Shown here piece by piece: positions 26,325-32,000 of a DNA stretch of 32,000 nt. Position numbers and translations under genes: made by a program. Position 1 is the first letter of the stretch. Each line of letters opens with the position of its first letter. The notes under the pieces were generated by a model, which did no database searches, had not been told where the DNA came from, and saw only the letters and a list, made by a program, of their open reading frames with translations. The DNA comes from Candidatus Saccharimonadota bacterium (GTDB taxonomy: Bacteria > Bacteroidota > Bacteroidia > Flavobacteriales > Blattabacteriaceae), in assembly GCF_024818015.1 (NCBI RefSeq), contig NZ_CP093908.1, positions 158,868 to 190,867 on the forward strand, in the 5' to 3' direction.

Positions 26325-26667
26325 AGTAGCAGATAATTCTGGAGCTAAAGAAGTTTTATTAATAAGAGTTTTGGGAGGTACAAGAAAAAAATATGCCTAT
26401 ATAGGAGACACAATAATAGTTTCTATAAAAGAAGCAATAGCAGGATCTAGTGTAAAAAAAGGACAATTATATAAAGCAGTTGTCGTAAGAACAAAAAAAA
26501 CAATAAGACGTAAAGATGGATCTTATATTAGATTTGATGATAATGCATGTGTATTATTAACTAATACAGGAGAAATGAAAGGAACCCGTATTTTGGGACC
26601 AGTTTCTAGAGAATTAAGAGATAAAGAATATACTAAAATTGTATCATTAGCTACAGAAGTATTATGA
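26299..26667 (+). CDS. rplN: 50S ribosomal protein L14
   Basis: [27 protein letters not shown]...[11 protein letters not shown]. 122 aa, full length. Confidence 0.97.
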   Translation: MLQQESRIRVADNSGAKEVLLIRVLGGTRKKYAYIGDTIIVSIKEAIAGSSVKKGQLYKAVVVRTKKTIRRKDGSYIRFDDNACVLLTNTGEMKGTRILGPVSRELRDKEYTKIVSLATEVL

Positions 26668-27230
26668 ATAATATGAATTATTGCCCAAGACCTAAATTTT
26701 TATATAAAAAAAAAATAATTAATAAATTAATAGAAAAATTTAATTATAAAAGTGTTATGCAAGTTCCTCAACTTAAAAAAATAGTAATTAATCAAGGAAT
26801 TAATGTCTTAATTTCTGATAATAAAACTAGAAATAATGCTATAAATAATATTACTGCAATAACTGGTCAAAAAGCGGTTTATTGTTTATCAAAACGTGAT
26901 GAATCTGGTTTTAAATTAAGAAAAGGAATACCTATAAGTATTAAAGTCACTTTAAGAAGAGATATTATGTATGAATTTTTAGATAGGTTAATTAACATCG
27001 CTTTACCTAGAGTTCGAGATTTTGTAGGAGTAAATAAAAATAGTTTTGATGGAAAAGGAAACTATAATTTAGGGATTTCTGAGCAAATTATCTTTCCAGA
27101 AATAAATACTGATTCTCTCAAAAATCATTTTGGGATGAATATAACATTTGTTACTTCATCTAAGAATAATAAAGAAGCTAAATATTTATTATATTTATTT
27201 GGGTTACCTTTTAAAACAAAACAAAAATAA
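26664..27230 (+). CDS. rplE: 50S ribosomal protein L5
   Basis: [17 protein letters not shown]...[40 protein letters not shown]...[24 protein letters not shown] overlap with rplN, so no rplX lies between them. Confidence 0.95.
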   Translation: MNNMNYCPRPKFLYKKKIINKLIEKFNYKSVMQVPQLKKIVINQGINVLISDNKTRNNAINNITAITGQKAVYCLSKRDESGFKLRKGIPISIKVTLRRDIMYEFLDRLINIALPRVRDFVGVNKNSFDGKGNYNLGISEQIIFPEINTDSLKNHFGMNITFVTSSKNNKEAKYLLYLFGLPFKTKQK

Positions 27231-27231
27231 A

Positions 27232-27501
27232 ATGTCTAAAGAATCTATAAAAGCAAGACAAAAAAAGCGTCAAATGATGGTGTTAAAATATGCAAAAAAA
27301 CGTCAAATTCTAAAATTAAATAGAGATTATGAAGGGTTACAAAAATTACCAAGAAATTCATCTCCGATACGTTTACATAATTTATGTTCTTTAACTGGAA
27401 GAACAAAAGGATATATGAGAAAATTTGGAATATCACGTATTGAATTTAGACGATTAGCTTCTCAAGGTTTTATCCCAGGTATTGTTAAAGCAAGTTGGTA
27501 A
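27232..27501 (+). CDS. rpsN: 30S ribosomal protein S14
   Basis: [14 protein letters not shown]...[49 protein letters not shown] trimmed the start to the ATG at 27232 (89 aa); the track's 27148 start overlaps rplE. Confidence 0.94.
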   Translation: MSKESIKARQKKRQMMVLKYAKKRQILKLNRDYEGLQKLPRNSSPIRLHNLCSLTGRTKGYMRKFGISRIEFRRLASQGFIPGIVKASW

Positions 27502-27503
27502 TT

Positions 27504-27905
27504 ATGATTACAGATCCAATAGCTGATTGTTTAACTAGAATTAGAAATGGATATTTATCAAATATTCTGATAATAGAAATTCCATATTCAAATATAAAAA
27601 AAAACATAATTAAAATATTATATAATCAAGGTTTTATATCAAGTTATAAAATAGAAAAAATTAATAACTATAAATTAGTTATAAAAGTAGCTTTAAAATA
27701 TAATAAATATACAGGTACATCTGTAATAAAATGTATTAAAAGAATAAGTAAACCGAGTTTAAGAAAATATTGTAATTCTACCAATATTCCTCGTGTTCTT
27801 AATGGATTAGGAATTGCAATTATATCTACTTCTAAAGGTCTTATGACTGATAAAATCGCACGTAAAAAAAAAATAGGTGGAGAAATAATCTGTTATATTT
27901 ATTAA
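27504..27905 (+). CDS. rpsH: 30S ribosomal protein S8
   Basis: [16 protein letters not shown]...[30 protein letters not shown]. The ATG at 27504 is preferred over the TTG at 27495. Confidence 0.94.
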   Translation: MITDPIADCLTRIRNGYLSNILIIEIPYSNIKKNIIKILYNQGFISSYKIEKINNYKLVIKVALKYNKYTGTSVIKCIKRISKPSLRKYCNSTNIPRVLNGLGIAIISTSKGLMTDKIARKKKIGGEIICYIY

Positions 27906-27909
27906 AACT

Positions 27910-28461
27910 ATGTCTAGAATTGGTAATATCCCAGTATTAATACCTAATAATGTTTTTGTTAAAAAACAAGATAATATCATTTATATAAAGGGACCTTTAG
28001 GTAAATTAAATCAAAAAATTATTGGTGATATTAATATTATTATTAATCATAATAATATTATTGTTAAAAGAAAACATAACGATAAAAAAAATAGGGCTTT
28101 ACATGGATTATATCGTATGTTGATTTATAATATGATAAAAGGTGTATCTAATGGATTTCAAAAGAAATTAGAATTAATAGGGGTAGGATTTAGAGCAAAT
28201 ATTAACAATAACAAAATTTTAAATTTAAATATAGGATATTCTCATAATATCATGATAAAATTACCTCAATCTATTACTTTAGAAGTAAAAATGGAAAAAA
28301 ATAAAAAGACTCAGATTATTTTAAAATCTTATGATAAACAATTATTAGGGATAGTAGCGGCAAAAATAAGATCTTTAAGAAAACCTGAACCCTATAAAGG
28401 AAAGGGAATTCGTTATATCAATGAATATGTTATTAAAAAACCTGGGAAATCTGCTAAATAA
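27910..28461 (+). CDS. rplF: 50S ribosomal protein L6
   Basis: MSRIGNIPV.IP..V......I.IKGPLGKL...EL.GVGFRA...LRKPEPYKGKGIRY. Confidence 0.94.
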   Translation: MSRIGNIPVLIPNNVFVKKQDNIIYIKGPLGKLNQKIIGDINIIINHNNIIVKRKHNDKKNRALHGLYRMLIYNMIKGVSNGFQKKLELIGVGFRANINNNKILNLNIGYSHNIMIKLPQSITLEVKMEKNKKTQIILKSYDKQLLGIVAAKIRSLRKPEPYKGKGIRYINEYVIKKPGKSAK

Positions 28462-28803
28462 ATGAAAAAATATACAATTAGAAAAAAAATATTTGGTTTT
28501 TTAGAAAAACCAAGAGTTTCAATATTTAGAAGTAATAAACATATATATGCTCAAGTAATAGATGATTATAAGGGCAATACTTTAATTTCTGCATCATCAA
28601 AAAAACTTTTAAAGTTTTATAAAAAAAGAAGAGAAAAAAAAATAACAAAAAAAGAATTATCTTATAAAATAGGAAACCTCTTAGGGAAGATAATTAAATC
28701 TTATGGAATATCTAAAATTAGATTTGATAGAAATGGATATATCTATCATGGAAGAGTCAAAGCTTTAGCCAAAGGCTTAAGAAATGTAGGCTTGCAATTT
28801 TAA
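28462..28803 (+). CDS. rplR: 50S ribosomal protein L18
   Basis: 113 aa: PRVSIFRSNKHIYAQVIDD..GNTLISASS...FDRNGYIYHGRVKALA.GLR..GL.F. Confidence 0.93.
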   Translation: MKKYTIRKKIFGFLEKPRVSIFRSNKHIYAQVIDDYKGNTLISASSKKLLKFYKKRREKKITKKELSYKIGNLLGKIIKSYGISKIRFDRNGYIYHGRVKALAKGLRNVGLQF

Positions 28804-28815
28804 ATTGTATTATTT

Positions 28816-29337
28816 ATGACCGTTTTAAACAAAAAAATAAAACTAGAACTAAAAGAAAAGTTAGTTATGGTAAATAGAGTTTGTAAAGTTACTAAAGGTA
28901 GAAGATATTTTAGTTTTACTGCTTTAGTAATAAAAGGAGATGAAAATGGAGTTGTAGGTTATGGTCTTGGAAAAGCAAAAGAAGCACAAGATGCAATCTA
29001 TAAGGCGGCTGAAAAAGCTAAAAATAAATTATTAAAAATAAATATTATTAAAGGAGGGACAATACCTCATGAACAAGAAGCCAAATATGGTGGAGCACGT
29101 GTATTGATTTGTCCGGTTCCGGAAGGAACTGGAATAATTGCTGGTGGTGCTGTCAGATCAGTTTTAGAAGCGGTTGGATTAACAAATGTGTTATCTAAAT
29201 CAAAAGGATCTTCTAATAAAATTAATTGTATAAAAGCCACAATATTAGCTTTATCTAAACTTAGAACAGTAAATACTATAGCTCTAGAAAGAGGAATATC
29301 TATAAGTAAAATCCTAAATGGATCAGATAATTATTAA
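28816..29337 (+). CDS. rpsE: 30S ribosomal protein S5
   Basis: [38 protein letters not shown]...[28 protein letters not shown]. Confidence 0.96.
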   Translation: MTVLNKKIKLELKEKLVMVNRVCKVTKGRRYFSFTALVIKGDENGVVGYGLGKAKEAQDAIYKAAEKAKNKLLKINIIKGGTIPHEQEAKYGGARVLICPVPEGTGIIAGGAVRSVLEAVGLTNVLSKSKGSSNKINCIKATILALSKLRTVNTIALERGISISKILNGSDNY

Positions 29338-29352
29338 TTAGCTTGATGAGAA

Positions 29353-29772
29353 ATGATATTAAATTATTTAAATGTATCTGGAAAAAAAAGATTAGGTAGA
29401 GGTCAAGGGTCTGGAAAAGGTGGAACGTGTACTAAAGGACATAAAGGAGCAAAAGCTCGGTCAGGAAATTCTAAAAAAATAGGTTTTGAAGGTGGTCAAA
29501 TGCCCTTACAAAGAAGAATTCCAAAATTTGGATTCAAAAGAAAAAAAAAAAAAGATTATATCTTAAATATAGATACAATACAATATTTAATAAATATTGG
29601 TAAGATAAAAATTAATCGAGATCTTTTGTTTAAAAAAAAATTAAAAATAAAAATCTTAGGAAGAGGAAAATTAACAGATAAAATAAATATAACTGCTAAT
29701 AAATTTAGCAAAAAAGCATATGAATGTATTAAAAAGAATTGTGGTAATATAATTATGAATTATGAATATTAA
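29353..29772 (+). CDS. rplO: 50S ribosomal protein L15
   Basis: [27 protein letters not shown]....[18 protein letters not shown]. Begins 15 nt after rpsE, so no rpmD lies between them. Confidence 0.93.
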   Translation: MILNYLNVSGKKRLGRGQGSGKGGTCTKGHKGAKARSGNSKKIGFEGGQMPLQRRIPKFGFKRKKKKDYILNIDTIQYLINIGKIKINRDLLFKKKLKIKILGRGKLTDKINITANKFSKKAYECIKKNCGNIIMNYEY

Positions 29773-30901
29773 AAAAAGAGATTTTATCTCAAAAATATAT
29801 TATACTTTATTTATTATAATAATCTATCGTTTGGGATATTTTATTCCTCTTCCTTTTCTAAATAATAGAGTTTCGATTTTATCTTTAGGAATTATGCCTT
29901 ATATATCAGCCTCAATATTAACACAATTAATGTGTTATATGTTTCCGTTTTTCTATAAAATCCAACAAGATGGTGAAATAGGAATAAAAAAAATAAATAA
30001 TATTACTAAAGTATTAACGATATTAATATCATTAATACAAGCTCCTGTGTATATTAATATGACACTAAGTGAATTTTCTTATTTTATAAATTGTAAAAAC
30101 ATATTGATGATTACATCAATAATCTGTATAACTACAGGTACATTTTTTACAATGTGGTTAGGAGAAAAAATTAATGCTAAAGGAATAGGAAATGGTAACT
30201 CATTAATAATAATGAGTGGGATATTATCTCGTTTTATATATTCTATAATAGATGAAATTTTAAATCGTATAAAAAATCAATTATTAGGTATAACAATATT
30301 ATTGTTTGAATTATTCATTTGGTTATTAATTATTGGGATTTCTATAATCATAATTAATTTTGTCAAAAAAATACATATACAATATGTAAATAAATTAAAT
30401 AATTATTCTTCTAATTTAGAAGAAGTCTATCTAAGAAATGAGATTAAATTTATTCCCTTAAAAGTAGTTTATCCAGGAATTATGCCTATAATCTTTTCAC
30501 AAGGGATATTAATAACAATTTTTAAGAAAATAAATAACATTAATAATATATATGGTATATGGTATAATCTATTATATAGTATATTAATAATAATAATAAC
30601 ATTTTTTTATACATTTTTATCTATTCCTGTTAAGAAAATTTCAGATGATTTAAAGATCAATGGAGTATATATTCCAAATATAAAACCAGGTAAAGATACT
30701 TGTTTTTTTTTAAAAAAAATTGTATCACAAATATATTTTGTGGGATCATTATTATTAGTAATAATAGCTTTATTACCGTCAATCTTTATATCTCTGGGGG
30801 GAGATAAAAATTTTTCTTTCTTTTTTGGAGGGACTACAATCATAATTATGGTAGGAGGATTATTAGATATAAAATATACTATAAATAGTTATATATTATA
30901 A
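29762..30901 (+). CDS. secY: protein translocase subunit SecY (shortened, 379 aa)
   Basis: [13 protein letters not shown] (TM1), [15 protein letters not shown] (TM2b), [28 protein letters not shown]...GIMPIIFSQ, and [13 protein letters not shown] (TM10). Sits in the conserved slot after rplO. Confidence 0.92.
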   Translation: MNIKKRDFISKIYYTLFIIIIYRLGYFIPLPFLNNRVSILSLGIMPYISASILTQLMCYMFPFFYKIQQDGEIGIKKINNITKVLTILISLIQAPVYINMTLSEFSYFINCKNILMITSIICITTGTFFTMWLGEKINAKGIGNGNSLIIMSGILSRFIYSIIDEILNRIKNQLLGITILLFELFIWLLIIGISIIIINFVKKIHIQYVNKLNNYSSNLEEVYLRNEIKFIPLKVVYPGIMPIIFSQGILITIFKKINNINNIYGIWYNLLYSILIIIITFFYTFLSIPVKKISDDLKINGVYIPNIKPGKDTCFFLKKIVSQIYFVGSLLLVIIALLPSIFISLGGDKNFSFFFGGTTIIIMVGGLLDIKYTINSYIL

Positions 30902-31116
30902 TGGCAAAAGAACAACATATTGAAGTAGATGGAATAGTAATAAATGCATTACCTAATGCAATGTTTAAAGTAGAATTAGAAAATAAATGTATTGTAACTT
31001 GTAATATTACCGGGAAGATTAGAATGAATTATATTAAAATTTTACAAGGTGATAAAGTTCGTTTACAAATGTCTTCTTACGATTTAAGTAAAGCTAGAAT
31101 AATATATAGATATTAA
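30901..31116 (+). CDS. infA: translation initiation factor IF-1
   Basis: [47 protein letters not shown]...[17 protein letters not shown] overlap with secY. Confidence 0.96.
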   Translation: MAKEQHIEVDGIVINALPNAMFKVELENKCIVTCNITGKIRMNYIKILQGDKVRLQMSSYDLSKARIIYRY

Positions 31117-31117
31117 T

Positions 31118-31234
31118 ATGAAGAAGGTAACGTCTTTAAAAAAAAGAAGTGACAATTGTAAAATTGTGAAACGGAAAGGTTGTTTAAGAATTATTAATAA
31201 ATTCAATCCTAAATTTAAACAAAAACAAGGTTAA
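31118..31234 (+). CDS. rpmJ: 50S ribosomal protein L36
   Basis: Not in the ORF track because it is too short. My translation of 31118-31234 is [38 protein letters not shown] (38 aa). That is the L36 pattern, in the conserved infA-rpmJ-rpsM slot. The stop overlaps the rpsM start (TAATG). Confidence 0.92.
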   Translation: MKKVTSLKKRSDNCKIVKRKGCLRIINKFNPKFKQKQG

Positions 31235-31608
31235 TGGCTATAGTTTCGGGTATAGAAATTCCAAATAATAAAATAGGACTAATAGCTCTTACTTATATAT
31301 TTGGAATAGGACTTAGTACATCTAAAAGAATATTTAAAGATACAGGGATTGATGAAAATCTAAAAGTTAGAAACTGGTCAGATGAAGATATAAATAAAAT
31401 AAGAAAATATATTTCTTCTAATTTAAGAATAGAAGGAGAATTAAGGTTTGAAATACAATTAGATATAAAAAGAATGATCGAAATAGGATGTTATAGAGGA
31501 ATACGTCATAGAATAGGATTACCTGTAAGAGGTCAAAAAACTAAAAATAATTGTAGAACAAGAAAAGGAAAAAAGAAAACAGTTGCCAATAAAAAAAAAA
31601 TTAAATAA
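31234..31608 (+). CDS. rpsM: 30S ribosomal protein S13
   Basis: [13 protein letters not shown]....[12 protein letters not shown].......E...V..W...........I.....IEGELR.........[28 protein letters not shown]. Confidence 0.96.
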   Translation: MAIVSGIEIPNNKIGLIALTYIFGIGLSTSKRIFKDTGIDENLKVRNWSDEDINKIRKYISSNLRIEGELRFEIQLDIKRMIEIGCYRGIRHRIGLPVRGQKTKNNCRTRKGKKKTVANKKKIK

Positions 31609-31989
31609 ATGGAAAAAACTTTTAGAAAAAAAAAATCAAGAAATTCTATCGTAGGAGAAGCTCATATTAAATCAACATATAATAATATTATAATAACATT
31701 AACAAATAAAAAAGGAGATGTTATTGCATGGTCTTCAGCAGGGAAAATGGGATTTAAAGGTTCTAAAAAAAATACACCATATGCAGCTCAAATAACTGCA
31801 GAAGATGTGGCTGAAAAAGCTTTAAATGCTGGAATAAAAAAATTAAAGGTAATAGTAAGGGGTCCAGGTGCAGGAAGAGATGCGGCTATTCGTGCATTAG
31901 TAAATAAAAATTTAATTTTATTAGTAATAAAAGATATTACCCCTATCCCTCATAATGGCTGTAGACCTCCTAAAAAAAGAAGAATTTAA
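31609..31989 (+). CDS. rpsK: 30S ribosomal protein S11
   Basis: [53 protein letters not shown]...[21 protein letters not shown]......[17 protein letters not shown]. Confidence 0.96.
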   Translation: MEKTFRKKKSRNSIVGEAHIKSTYNNIIITLTNKKGDVIAWSSAGKMGFKGSKKNTPYAAQITAEDVAEKALNAGIKKLKVIVRGPGAGRDAAIRALVNKNLILLVIKDITPIPHNGCRPPKKRRI

Positions 31990-32000
31990 AATAAAATAAA

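Noticed and set aside
27245-27436. 63-aa minus-strand ORF inside rpsN
   Set aside because: It is an antisense shadow ORF within S14 and is low-complexity.
30607-30843. 78-aa minus-strand ORF inside secY
   Set aside because: It is antisense to the conserved SecY TM9-TM10 region. There is no independent support.
1-32000. UGA reassignment (code 4-like) as seen in some tiny symbiont genomes
   Set aside because: All conserved genes are full length under the standard code. TGA terminates rpsL (19083-19085), fusA (21627-21629) and rplN (26665-26667) exactly where the families normally end.
1-32000. Search for a novel accessory system: defence, toxin-antitoxin, secretion, prophage, or an island with atypical composition
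   Set aside because: Every ORF longer than ~70 codons that is not an antisense shadow is assigned to a core housekeeping, translation or amino-acid-biosynthesis family. Spacers are too short to hide genes. No compositional break, integrase, repeat-flanked block or orphan gene cluster is visible.

Overview
This window is extremely A+T-rich, roughly 20-25% G+C by eye (not computed). It is almost gap-free: the largest spacers are 125, 97 and 86 bp. It looks like part of a drastically reduced bacterial genome.

Lineage (inference only): a tiny-genome Bacteroidota/Flavobacteriia insect nutritional endosymbiont of the Sulcia type. Three things point that way:
- the gene order rpsL-rpsG-fusA-rpsJ with no tuf;
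- a DAHP synthase fused to chorismate mutase;
- the very strong A+T bias.

Standard genetic code: TGA is used as a stop for rpsL, fusA and rplN.

Content, in order:
- a partial miaB on the minus strand, running off the left edge;
- sufB-sufC-sufD-sufS and a minimal infB on the plus strand;
- a minus-strand block, listed in transcription order: tRNA-Gln, rpsP, aroA, tRNA-Glu, rpsT, asd, pheA, DAHP synthase/chorismate mutase;
- an AspC-like aminotransferase and rpmF on the plus strand;
- pdhB, rpoD, pnp and rpsO on the minus strand;
- an unbroken plus-strand array from rpmE through the fused str/S10/spc/alpha ribosomal-protein cluster to rpsK at the right edge. It includes rpmJ, which the ORF track missed.

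I found no mobile element, CRISPR array, defence or toxin locus, or unassigned multi-gene block. I do not claim a novel system here.

The observations most worth a second look are reductive or structural:
1. The infB frame is broken at an A14 tract directly upstream of conserved IF2 sequence.
2. rpmC, rplX, rpmD and map are absent from their conserved slots, L23 is shortened, and SecY appears to lack its plug.
3. aroA carries a perfect in-frame 21-bp x2.9 tandem repeat next to its catalytic-loop motif.
4. A perfect 41-bp tandem duplication, carrying hairpins, sits at the convergent rpmF/pdhB junction.
5. Convergent and divergent neighbours are packed so tightly that there is little or no room for promoters or terminators.
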